NCBI GenBank assembly: GCA_964057225.1
Contig: OZ059899.1
Coordinates: forward strand, 310,001-374,000
DNA length: 64,000 nucleotides
Direction: 5' to 3'
DNA from: Auanema rhodensis
Taxonomy: Eukaryota > Animalia > Nematoda
Shown piece by piece: positions 1-13,900 of the stretch (position 1 is the stretch's first letter; each line of letters begins with the position of its first letter). The notes under the pieces were generated by a model. That model saw nothing but the letters and a program-made list of their open reading frames with translations. It was not told the DNA's origin and searched no databases. Both the position numbers and the translations under genes were made by a program.

Positions 1-1925
1 TATGTAACTCGCTTCACGTGAAAGATAAAGAGATGCGGTTTTCAAAATTAGATTCCCCATGTCCATATTAGTCTAAAAACAAATTTTTATTGATATTGGT
101 TCATGGTAACCATGACTTTGAAATTTACGTGAACTTTAATTTATGCTAATTAAATGTACACGTGATGTGCACTTGGTATGTAACTCGCTTCACGTGAAAG
201 ATAAAGAGATGCGGTTTTCAAAATTAGATTCCCCATGTCCATATTAGTCTAAAAACAAATTTTTATTGATATTGGTTCATGGTAACCATGACTTTGAAAT
301 TTACGTGAACTTTAATTTATGCTAATTAAATGTACACGTGATGTGCACTTGGATATAACTCGCTTCACGTGAAAGATAAAGAGATGCGGTTTTCAAAATT
401 AGATTCCCCATGTCCATATTAGTCTAAAAACAAATTTTTATTGATATTGGTTCATGGTAACCATGACTTTGAAATTTACGTGAACTTTAATTTATGCTAA
501 TTAAATGTACACGTGATGTGCACTTGGTATGTAACTCGCTTCACGTGAAATATAAAGAGATGCGGTTTTCAAAATTAGATTCCCCATGTCCATATTAGTC
601 TAAAAACAGATTTTTATTGATATTGGTGCATGGTAACCATGACTTTGAAATTTACGTGAACTTTAATTTATGCTAATTAAATGTACACGTGATGTGCACT
701 TGGTATGTAACTCGCTTCACGTGAAAGATAAAGAGATGCGGTTTTCAAAATTAGATTCCCCATGTCCATATTAGTCTAAAAACAAATTTTTATTGATATT
801 GGTTAATGGTAACCATGACTTTGAAATTTACGTGAACTTTAATTTATGCTAATTAAATGTACACGTGATGTGCACTTGATATGTAACTCGCTTCACGTGA
901 AAGATAAAGAGATGCGGTTTTCAAAATTAGATTCCCCATGTCCATATTAGTCTAAAAACAAATTTTTATTGATATTGGTGCATGGTAACCATGACTTTGA
1001 AATTTACGTGAACTTTAATTTATGCTAATTAAATGTACACGTGATGTGCACTTGGTATGTAACTCGCTTCACGTGAAAGATAAAGAGATGCGGTTTTCAA
1101 AATTAGATTCCCCATGTCCATATTAGTCTAAAAACAGATTTTTATTGATATTGGTGCATGGTAACCATGACTTTGAAATTTACGTGAACTTTAATTTATG
1201 CTAATTAAATGTACACGTGATGTGCACTTGGTATGTAACTCGCTTCACGTGAAAGATAAAGAGATGCGGTTTTCAAAATTAGATTCCCCATGTCCATATT
1301 AGTCTAAAAACAAATTTTTATTGATATTGGTGCATGGTAACCATGACTTTGAAATTTACGTGAACTTTAATTTATGCTAATTAAATGTACACGTGATGTG
1401 CACTTGGTATATAACTCGCTTCACGTGAAAGATAAAGAGATGCGGTTTTCAAAATTAGATTCCCCATGTCCATATTAGTCTAAAAACAAATTTTTATTGA
1501 TATTGGTGCATGGTAACCATGACTTTGAAATTTACGTGAACTTTAATTTATGCTAATTAAATGTACACGTGATGTGCACTTGGTATGTAACTCGCTTCAC
1601 GTGAAAGATAAAGAGATGCGGTTTTCAAAATTAGATTCCCCATGTCCATATTAGTCTAAAAACAAATTTTTATTGATATTGGTTAATGGTAACCATGACT
1701 TTGAAATTTACGTGAACTTTAATTTATGCTAATTAAATGTACACGTGATGTGCACTTGATATGTAACTCGCTTCACGTGAAAGATAAAGAGATGCGGTTT
1801 TCAAAATTAGATTCCCCATGTCCATATTAGTCTAAAAACAAATTTTTATTGATATTGGTGCATGGTAACCATGACTTTGAAATTTACGTGAACTTTAATT
1901 TATGCTAATTAAATGTACACGTGAT
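1..1925 (-). repeat. 176-bp tandem satellite, ~11 monomers, inverted relative to the main array
   Basis: TATGTAACTC recurs at 1 and 177, giving a period of 176. The sequence is the reverse complement of the monomer found from 1926 onward. One monomer has a 1-bp deletion at ~353. Confidence 0.98.
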
Positions 1926-4900
1926 CAAAGTCATGGTTACCATGCACCAATATCAATAAAAATCTGTTTTTAGACTAATATGGACATGGGGAATCTAATT
2001 TTGAAAACCGCATCTCTTTATCTTTCACGTGAAGCGAGTTACATACCAAGTGCACATCACGTGTACATTTAATTAGCATAAATTAAAGTTCACGTAAATT
2101 TCAAAGTCATGGTTACCATGCACCAATATCAATAAAAATTTGTTTTTAGACTAATATGGACATGGGGAATCTAACTTTGAAAACCGCATCTCTTTATCTT
2201 TCACGTGAAGCGAGTTACATACCAAGTGCACATCACGTGTACATTTAATTAGCATAAATTAAAGTTCACGTAAATTTCAAAGTCATGGTTACCATGCACC
2301 AATATCAATAAAAATTTGTTTTTAGACTAATATGTACATGAGGAATCTAATTTTGAAAACCGCATCTCTTTATCTTTCACGTGAAGCGAGTTACATACCA
2401 AGTGCACATCACGTGTACATTTAATTAGCATAAATTAAAGTTCACGTAAATTTCAAAGTCATGGTTACCATGCACCAATATCAATAAAAATTTGTTTTTA
2501 GACTAATATGGACATGGGGAATCTAATTTTGAAAACCGCATCTCTTTATCTTCCACGTGAAGCGAGTTACATACCAAGTGCACATCACGTGTACATTTAA
2601 TTAGCATAAATTAAAGTTCACGTAAATTTCAAAGTCATGGTTACCATGCACCAATATCAATAAAAATTTGTTTTTAGACTAATATGGACATGGGGAATCT
2701 AATTTTGAGAACCGCATCTCTTTATCTTTCACGTGAAGCGAGTTACATACCAAGTGCACATCACGTGTACATTTAATTAGCATAAATTAAAGTTCACGTA
2801 AATTTCAAAGTCATGGTTACCATGCACCAATATCAATAAAAATCTGTTTTTAGACTAATATGGACATGGGGAATCTAATTTTGAAAACCGCATCTCTTTA
2901 TCTTTCACGTGAAGCGAGTTACATACCAAGTGCACATCACGTGTACATTTAATTAGCATAAATTAAAGTTCACGTAAATTTCAAAGTCATGGTTACCATG
3001 CACCAATATCAATAAAAATTTGTTTTTAGACTAATATGGACATGGGGAATCTAATTTTGAAAACCGCATCTCTTTATCTTTCACGTGAAGCGAGTTACAT
3101 ACCAAGTGCACATCACGTGTACATTTAATTAGCATAAATTAAAGTTCACGTAAATTTCAAAGTCATGGTTACCATGCACCAATATCAATAAAAATTTGTT
3201 TTTAGACTAATATGGACATGGGGAATCTAATTTTGAAAACCGCATCTCTTTATCTTTCACGTGAAGCGAGTTACATATCAAGTGCACATCACGTGTACAT
3301 TTAATTAGCATAAATTAAAGTTCACGTAAATTTCAAAGTCATGGTTACCATTAACCAATATCAATAAAAATTTGTTTTTAGACTAATATGGACATGGGGA
3401 ATCTAATTTTGAAAACCGCATCTCTTTATCTTTCACGTGAAGCGAGTTACATACCAAGTGCACATCACGTGTACATTTAATTAGCATAAATTAAAGTTCA
3501 CGTAAATTTCAAAGTCATGGTTACCATGCACCAATATCAATAAAAATTTGTTTTTAGACTAATATGGACATGGGGAATCTAATTTTGAAAACCGCATCTC
3601 TTTATATTTCACGTGAAGCGAGTTACATACCAAGTGCACATCACGTGTACATTTAATTAGCATAAATTAAAGTTCACGTAAATTTCAAAGTCATGGTTAC
3701 CATGAACCAATATCAATAAAAATTTGTTTTTAGACTAATATGGACATGGGGAATCTAATTTTGAAAACCGCATCTCTTTATCTTTCACGTGAAGCGAGTT
3801 ACATACCAAGTGCACATCACGTGTACATTTAATTAGCATAAATTAAAGTTCACGTAAATTTCAAAGTCATGGTTACCATGAACCAATATCAATAAAAATT
3901 TGTTTTTAGACTAATATGGACATGGGGAATCTAATTTTGAAAACCGCATCTCTTTATCTTTCACGTGAAGCGAGTTATATACCAAGTGCACATCACGTGT
4001 ACATTTAATTAGCATAAATTAAAGTTCACGTAAATTTCAAAGTCATGGTTACCATGCACCAATATCAATAAAAATTTGTTTTTAGACTAATATGGACATG
4101 GGGAATCTAATTTTGAAAACCGCATCTCTTTATCTTTCACGTGAAGCGAGTTACATACCAAGTGCACATCACGTGTACATTTAATTAGCATAAATTAAAG
4201 TTCACGTAAATTTCAAAGTCATGGTTACCATGCACCAATATCAATAAAAATCTGTTTTTAGACTAATATGGACATGGGGAATCTAATTTTGAAAACCGCA
4301 TCTCTTTATCTTTCACGTGAAGCGAGTTACATACCAAGTGCACATCACGTGTACATTTAATTAGCATAAATTAAAGTTCACGTAAATTTCAAAGTCATGG
4401 TTACCATGCACCAATATCAATAAAAATTTGTTTTTAGACTAATATGGACATGGGGAATCTAATTTTGAAAACCGCATCTCTTTATCTTTCACGTGAAGCG
4501 AGTTACATATCAAGTGCACATCACGTGTACATTTAATTAGCATAAATTAAAGTTCACGTAAATTTCAAAGTCATGGTTACCATTAACCAATATCAATAAA
4601 AATTTGTTTTTAGACTAATATGGACATGGGGAATCTAATTTTGAAAACCGCATCTCTTTATCTTTCACGTGAAGCGAGTTACAGACCAAGTGCACATCAC
4701 GTGTACATTTAATTAGCATAAATTAAAGTTCACGTAAATTTCAAAGTCATGGTTACCATGCACCAATATCAATAAAAATTTGTTTTTAGACTAATATGGA
4801 CATGGGGAATCTAATTTTGAAAACCGCATCTCTTTATCTTTCACGTGAAGCGAGTTATATACCAAGTGCACATCACGTGTACATTTAATTAGCATAAATT

Positions 4901-7900
4901 AAAGTTCACGTAAATTTCAAAGTCATGGTTACCATGCACCAATATCAATAAAAATTTGTTTTTAGACTAATATGGACATGGGGAATCTAATTTTGAAAAC
5001 CGCATCTCTTTATCTTTCACGTGAAGCGAGTTACATACCAAGTGCACATCACGTGTACATTTAATTAGCATAAATTAAAGTTCACGTAAATTTCAAAGTC
5101 ATGGTTACCATGCACCAATATCAATAAAAATCTGTTTTTAGACTAATATGGACATGGGGAATCTAATTTTGAAAACCGCATCTCTTTATCTTTCACGTGA
5201 AGCGAGTTACATACCAAGTGCACATCACGTGTACATTTAATTAGCATAAATTAAAGTTCACGTAAATTTCAAAGTCATGGTTACCATGCACCAATATCAA
5301 TAAAAATTTGTTTTTAGACTAATATGGACATGGGGAATCTAATTTTGAAAACCGCATCTCTTTATCTTTCACGTGAAGCGAGTTACATATCAAGTGCACA
5401 TCACGTGTACATTTAATTAGCATAAATTAAAGTTCACGTAAATTTCAAAGTCATGGTTACCATTAACCAATATCAATAAAAATTTGTTTTTAGACTAATA
5501 TGGACATGGGGAATCTAATTTTGAAAACCGCATCTCTTTATCTTTCACGTGAAGCGAGTTACATACCAAGTGCACATCACGTGTACATTTAATTAGCATA
5601 AATTAAAGTTCACGTAAATTTCAAAGTCATGGTTACCATGCACCAATATCAATAAAAATTTGTTTTTAGACTAATATGGACATGGGGAATCTAATTTTGA
5701 AAACCGCATCTCTTTATATTTCACGTGAAGCGAGTTACATACCAAGTGCACATCACGTGTACATTTAATTAGCATAAATTAAAGTTCACGTAAATTTCAA
5801 AGTCATGGTTACCATGAACCAATATCAATAAAAATTTGTTTTTAGACTAATATGGACATGGGGAATCTAATTTTGAAAACCGCATCTCTTTATCTTTCAC
5901 GTGAAGCGAGTTACATACCAAGTGCACATCACGTGTACATTTAATTAGCATAAATTAAAGTTCACGTAAATTTCAAAGTCATGGTTACCATGAACCAATA
6001 TCAATAAAAATTTGTTTTTAGACTAATATGGACATGGGGAATCTAATTTTGAAAACCGCATCTCTTTATCTTTCACGTGAAGCGAGTTATATCCAAGTGC
6101 ACATCACGTGTACATTTAATTAGCATAAATTAAAGTTCACGTAAATTTCAAAGTCATGGTTACCATGCACCAATATCAATAAAAATTTGTTTTTAGACTA
6201 ATATGGACATGGGGAATCTAATTTTGAAAACCGCATCTCTTTATCTTCCACGTGAAGCGAGTTACATACCAAGTGCACATCACGTGTACATTTAATTAGC
6301 ATAAATTAAAGTTCACGTAAATTTCAAAGTCATGGTTACCATGAACCAATATCAATAAAAATTTGTTTTTAGACTAATATGTACATGGGGAATCTAATTT
6401 TGAAAACCGCATCTCTTTATCTTTCACGTGAAGCGAGTTACATACCAAGTGCACATCACGTGTACATTTAATTAGCATAAATTAAAGTTCACGTAAATTT
6501 CAAAGTCATGGTTACCATGCACCAATATCAATAAAAATCTGTTTTTAGACTAATATGGACATGGGGAATCTAATTTTGAAAACCGCATCTCTTTATCTTT
6601 CACGTGAAGCGAGTTACATACCAAGTGCACATCACGTGTACATTTAATTAGCATAAATTAAAGTTCACGTAAATTTCAAAGTCATGGTTACCATGCACCA
6701 ATATCAATAAAAATTTGTTTTTGGACTAATATGGACATGGGGAATCTAATTTTGAAAACCGCATCTCTTTATCTTTCACGTGAAGCGAGTTACATATCAA
6801 GTGCACATCACGTGTACATTTAATTAGCATAAATTAAAGTTCACGTAAATTTCAAAGTCATGGTTACCATGAACCAATATCAATAAAAATTTGTTTTTAG
6901 ACTAATATGTACATGGGGAATCTAATTTTGAAAACCGCATCTCTTTATCTTTCACGTGAAGCGAGTTACATACCAAGTGCACATCACGTGTACATTTAGT
7001 TAGCATAAATTAAAGTTCACGTAAATTTCAAAGTCATGGTTACCATGCACCAATATCAATAAAAATTTGTTTTTAGACTAATATGGACATGGGTAATCTA
7101 ATTTTGAAAACCGCATCTCTTTATCTTTCACGTGAAGCGAGTTACATACCAAGTGCACATCACGTGTACATTTAATTAGCATAAATTAAAGTTCACGTAA
7201 TTTTCAAAGTCATGGTTACCATGCACCAATATCAATAAAAATTTGTTTTTAGACTAATATGGACATGAGGAATCTAATTTTGAAAACCGCATCTCTTTAT
7301 CTTTCACGTGAAGCGAGTTACATACCAAGTGCACATCACGTGTACATTTAATTAGCATAAATTAAAGTTCACGTAAATTTCAAAGTCATGGTTACCATGC
7401 ACCAATATCAATAAAAATTTGTTTTTAGACTAATATGGACATGGGGAATCTAATTTTGAAAACCGCATCTCTTTATATTTCACGTGAAGCGAGTTTCATA
7501 CCAAGTGCACATCACGTGTACATTTAATTAGCACAAATTAAAGTTCACGTAAATTTCAAAGTCATGGTTACCATGAACCAATATCAATAAAAATTTGTTT
7601 TTAGACTAATATGGACATGGGGAATCTAATTTTGAAAACCGCATCTCTTTATCTTTCACGTGAAGCGAGTTACATACCAAGTGCACATCACGTGTACATT
7701 TAATTAGCATAAATTAAAGTTCACGTAAATTTCAAAGTCATGGTTACCATGCACCAATATCAATAAAAATTTGTTTTTAGACTAATATGGACATGGGGAA
7801 TCTAATTTTGAAAACCGCATCTCTTTATCTTCCACGTGAAGCGAGTTACATACCAAGTGTACATCACGTGTACATTTAATTAGCATAAATTAAAGTTCAC

Positions 7901-10900
7901 GTAAATTTCAAAGTCATGGTTACCATGAACCAATATCAATAAAAATTTGTTTTTAGACTAATATGTACATGGGGAATCTAATTTTGAAAACCGCATCTCT
8001 TTATCTTTCACGTGAAGCGAGTTACATACCAAGTGCACATCACGTGTACATTTAATTAGCATAACTTAAAGTTCACGTAAATTTCAAAGTCATGGTTACC
8101 ATGCACCAATATCAATAAAAATCTGTTTTTAGACTAATATGGACATGGGGAATCTAATTTTGAAAACCGCATCTCTTTATCTTTCACGTGAAGCGAGTTA
8201 CATACCAAGTGCACATCACGTGTACATTTAATTAGCATAAATTAAAGTTCACGTAAATTTCAAAGTCATGGATACCATGCACCAATATCAATAAAAATTT
8301 GTTTTTAGACTAATATGGACATGGGGAATCTAATTTTGAAAACCGCATCTCTTTATCTTTCACGTGAAGCGAGTTACATATCAAGTGCACATCACGTGTA
8401 CATTTAATTAGCATAAATTAAAGTTCACGTAAATTTCAAAGTCATGGTTACCATGCACCAATATCAATAAAAATTTGTTTTTAGACTAATATGGACATGG
8501 GGAATCTAATTTTGAAAACCGCATCTCTTTATCTTTCACGTGAAGCGAGTTACATACCAAGTGCACATCACGTGTACATTTAATTAGCATAAATTAAAGT
8601 TCACGTAAATTTCAAAGTCATGGTTACCATGCACCAATATCAATAAAAATTTGTTTTTAGACTAATATGGACATGGGGAATCTAATTTTGAAAACCGCAT
8701 CTCTTTATCTTCCACGTGAAGCGAGTTACATACCAAGTGCACATCACGTGTACATTTAATTAGCATAAATTAAAGTTCACGTAAATTTCAAAGTCATGGT
8801 TACCATGCACCAATATCAATAAAAATTTGTTTTTAGACTAATATGGATATGGGGAATCTAATTTTGAAAACCGCATCTCTTTATCTTCCACGTGAAGCGA
8901 GTTACATACCAAGTGCACATCACGTGTACATTTAATTAGCATAAATTAAAGTTCACGTAAATTTCAAAGTCATGGTTACCATGAACCAATATCAATAAAA
9001 ATTTGTTTTTAGACTAATATGTACATGGGGAATCTAATTTTGAAAACCGCATCTCTTTATCTTTCACGTGAAGCGAGTTACATACCAAGTGCACATCACG
9101 TGTACATTTAATTAGCATAAATTAAAGTTCACGTAAATTTCAAAGTCATGGTTACCATGCACCAATATCAATAAAAATCTGTTTTTAGACTAATATGGAC
9201 ATGGGGAATCTAATTTTGAAAACCGCATCACTTTATCTTTCACGTGAAGCGAGTTACATACCAAGTGCACATCACGTGTACATTTAATTAGCATAAATTA
9301 AAGTTCACGTAAATTTCAAAGTCATGGTTACCATGCATCAATATCAATAAAAATTTGTTTTTAGACTAATATGGACATGGGGAATCTAATTTTGAAAACC
9401 GCATCTCTTTATCTTTCACGTGAAGCGAGTTACATATCAAGTGCACATCACGTGTACATTTAATTAGCATAAATTAAAGTTCACGTAAATTTCAAAGTCA
9501 TGGTTACCATTAACCAATATCAATAAAAATTTGTTTTTAGACTAATATGGACATGGGGAATCTAATTTTGAAAACCGCATCTCTTTATCTTTCACGTGAA
9601 GCGAGTTACATACCAAGTGCACATCACGTGTACATTTAATTAGCATAAATTAAAGTTCACGTAAATTTCAAAGTCATGGTTACCATGCACCAATATCAAT
9701 AAAAATTTGTTTTTAGACTAATATGGACATGGGGAATCTAATTTTGAAAACCGCATCTCTTCATCTTTCACGTGAAGCGAGTTACATACCAAGTGCACAT
9801 CACGTGTACATTTAATTAGCATAAATTAAAGTTCACGTAAATTTCAAAGTCATGGTTACCATGCACCAATATCAATAAAAATTTGTTTTTAGACTAATAT
9901 GGACATGGGGAATCTAATTTTGAAAACCGCATCTCTTTATCTTCCACGTGAAGCGAGTTACATACCAAGTGTACATCACGTGTACATTTAATTAGCATAA
10001 ATTAAAGTTCACGTAAATTTCAAAGTCATGGTTACCATGAACCAATATCAATAAAAATTTGTTTTTAGACTAATATGTACATGGGGAATCTAATTTTGAA
10101 AACCGCATCTCTTTATCTTTCACGTGAAGCGAGTTACATACCAAGTGCACATCACGTGTACATTTAATTAGCATAACTTAAAGTTCACGTAAATTTCAAA
10201 GTCATGGTTACCATGCACCAATATCAATAAAAATCTGTTTTTAGACTAATATGGACATGGGGAATCTAATTTTGAAAACCGCATCTCTTTATCTTTCACG
10301 TGAAGCGAGTTACATACCAAGTGCACATCACGTGTACATTTAATTAGCATAAATTAAAGTTCACGTAAATTTCAAAGTCATGGATACCATGCACCAATAT
10401 CAATAAAAATTTGTTTTTAGACTAATATGGACATGGGGAATCTAATTTTGAAAACCGCATCTCTTTATCTTTCACGTGAAGCGAGTTACATATCAAGTGC
10501 ACATCACGTGTACATTTAATTAGCATAAATTAAAGTTCACGTAAATTTCAAAGTCATGGTTACCATGCACCAATATCAATAAAAATTTGTTTTTAGACTA
10601 ATATGGACATGGGGAATCTAATTTTGAAAACCGCATCTCTTTATCTTTCACGTGAAGCGAGTTACATACCAAGTGCACATCACGTGTACATTTAATTAGC
10701 ATAAATTAAAGTTCACGTAAATTTCAAAGTCATGGTTACCATGCACCAATATCAATAAAAATTTGTTTTTAGACTAATATGGACATGGGGAATCTAATTT
10801 TGAAAACCGCATCTCTTTATCTTCCACGTGAAGCGAGTTACATACCAAGTGCACATCACGTGTACATTTAATTAGCATTAATTAAAGTTCACGTAAATTT

Positions 10901-13900
10901 CAAAGTCATGGTTACCATGCACCAATATCAATAAAAATTTGTTTTTAGACTAATATGGACATGGGGAATCTAATTTTGAAAACCGCATCTCTTTATCTTC
11001 CACGTGAAGCGAGTTACATACCAAGTGCACATCACGTGTACATTTAATTAGCATAAATTAAAGTTCACGTAAATTTCAAAGTCATGGTTACCATGAACCA
11101 ATATCAATAAAAATTTGTTTTTAGACTAATATGTACATGGGGAATCTAATTTTGAAAACCGCATCTCTTTATCTTTCACGTGAAGCGAGTTACATACCAA
11201 GTGCACATCACGTGTACATTTAATTAGCATAAATTAAAGTTCACGTAAATTTCAAAGTCATGGTTACCATGCACCAATATCAATAAAAATCTGTTTTTAG
11301 ACTAATATGGACATGGGGAATCTAATTTTGAAAACCGCATCACTTTATCTTTCACGTGAAGCGAGTTACATACCAAGTGCACATCACGTGTACATTTAAT
11401 TAGCATAAATTAAAGTTCACGTAAATTTCAAAGTCATGGTTACCATGCATCAATATCAATAAAAATTTGTTTTTAGACTAATATGGACATGGGGAATCTA
11501 ATTTTGAAAACCGCATCTCTTTATCTTTCACGTGAAGCGAGTTACATATCAAGTGCACATCACGTGTACATTTAATTAGCATAAATTAAAGTTCACGTAA
11601 ATTTCAAAGTCATGGTTACCATTAACCAATATCAATAAAAATTTGTTTTTAGACTAATATGGACATGGGGAATCTAAATTTGAAAACCGCATCTCTTTAT
11701 CTTTCACGTGAAGCGAGTTACATACCAAGTGCACATCACGTGTACATTTAATTAGCATAAATTAAAGTTCACGTAAATTTCAAAGTCATGGTTACCATGC
11801 ACCAATATCAATAAAAATTTGTTTTTAGACTAATATGGACATGGGGAATCTAATTTTGAAAACCGCATCTCTTTATCTTTCACGTGAAGCGAGTTACATA
11901 CCAAGTGCACATCACGTGTACATTTAATTAGCATAAATTAAAGTTCACGTAAATTTCAAAGTCATGGTTACCATGAACCAATATCAATAAAAATTTGTTT
12001 TTAGACTAATATGGACATGGGGAATCTAATTTTGAAAACCGCATCTCTTTATCTTTCACGTGCAGCGAGTTACATACCAAGTGCACATCACGTGTACATT
12101 TAATTAGCATAAATTAAAGTTCACGTAAATTTCAAAGTCATGGTTACCATGCACCAATATCAATAAAAATTTGTTTTTAGACTAATATGGACATGGGGAA
12201 TCTAATTTTGAAAACCGCATCTCTTTATCTTCCACGTGAAGCGAGTTACATACCAAGTGCACATCACGTGTACATTTAATTAGCATAAATTAAAGTTCAC
12301 GTAAATTTCAAAGTCATGGTTACCATGAACCAATATCAATAAAAATTTGTTTTTAGACTAATATGGACATGGGGAATCTAATTTTAAAAACCGCATCTCT
12401 TTATCTTCCACGTGAAGCGAGTTACATACCAAGTGCACATCACGTGTACATTTAATTAGCATAAATTAAAGTTCACGTAAATTTCAAAGTCATGGTTACC
12501 ATGAACCAATATCAATAAAAATTTGTTTTTAGACTAATATGGACATGGGGAATCTAATTTTGAAAACCGCATCTCTTTATCTTTCACGTGAAGCGAGTTA
12601 CATACCAAGTGCACATCACGTGTACATTTAATTAGCATAAATTAAAGTTCACGTAAATTTCAAAGTCATGGTTACCATGAACCAATATCAATAAAAATTT
12701 GTTTTTAGACTAATATGGACATGGGGAATCAAATTTTGAAAACCGCATCTCTTTATCTTTCACGTGAAGCGAGTTACATATCAAGTGCACATCACGTGTA
12801 CATTTAATTAGCATAAATTAAAGTTCACGTAAATTTCAAAGTCATGGTTACCATGCACCAATATCAATAAAAATTTGTTTTTAGACTAATATGGACATGG
12901 GGAATCTAATTTTGAAAACCGCATCTCTTTATCTTTCACGTGAAGCGAGTTACATACCAAGTGCACATCACGTGTACATTTAATTAGCATAAATTAAAGT
13001 TCACGTAAATTTCAAAGTCATGGTTACCATGCACCAATATCAATAAAAATTTGTTTTTAGACTAATATGGACATGGGGAATCTAATTTTGAAAACCGCAT
13101 CTCTTTATCTTCCACGTGAAGCGAGTTACATACCAAGTGCACATCACGTGTACATTTAATTAGCATAAATTAAAGTTCACGTAAATTTCAAAGTCATGGT
13201 TACCATGCACCAATATCAATAAAAATTTGTTTTTAGACTAATATGGACATGGGGAATCTAATTTTGAAAACCGCATCTCTTTATCTTCCACGTGAAGCGA
13301 GTTACATACCAAGTGCACATCACGTGTACATTTAATTAGCATAAATTAAAGTTCACGTAAATTTCAAAGTCATGGTTACCATGAACCAATATCAATAAAA
13401 ATTTGTTTTTAGACTAATATGTACATGGGGAATCTAATTTTGAAAACCGCATCTCTTTATCTTTCACGTGAAGCGAGTTACATACCAAGTGCACATCACG
13501 TGTACATTTAATTAGCATAAATTAAAGTTCACGTAAATTTCAAAGTCATGGTTACCATGCACCAATATCAATAAAAATCTGTTTTTAGACTAATATGGAC
13601 ATGGGGAATCTAATTTTGAAAACCGCATCACTTTATCTTTCACGTGAAGCGAGTTACATACCAAGTGCACATCACGTGTACATTTAATTAGCATAAATTA
13701 AAGTTCACGTAAATTTCAAAGTCATGGTTACCATGCATCAATATCAATAAAAATTTGTTTTTAGACTAATATGGACATGGGGAATCTAATTTTGAAAACC
13801 GCATCTCTTTATCTTTCACGTGAAGCGAGTTACATATCAAGTGCACATCACGTGTACATTTAATTAGCATAAATTAAAGTTCACGTAAATTTCAAAGTCA

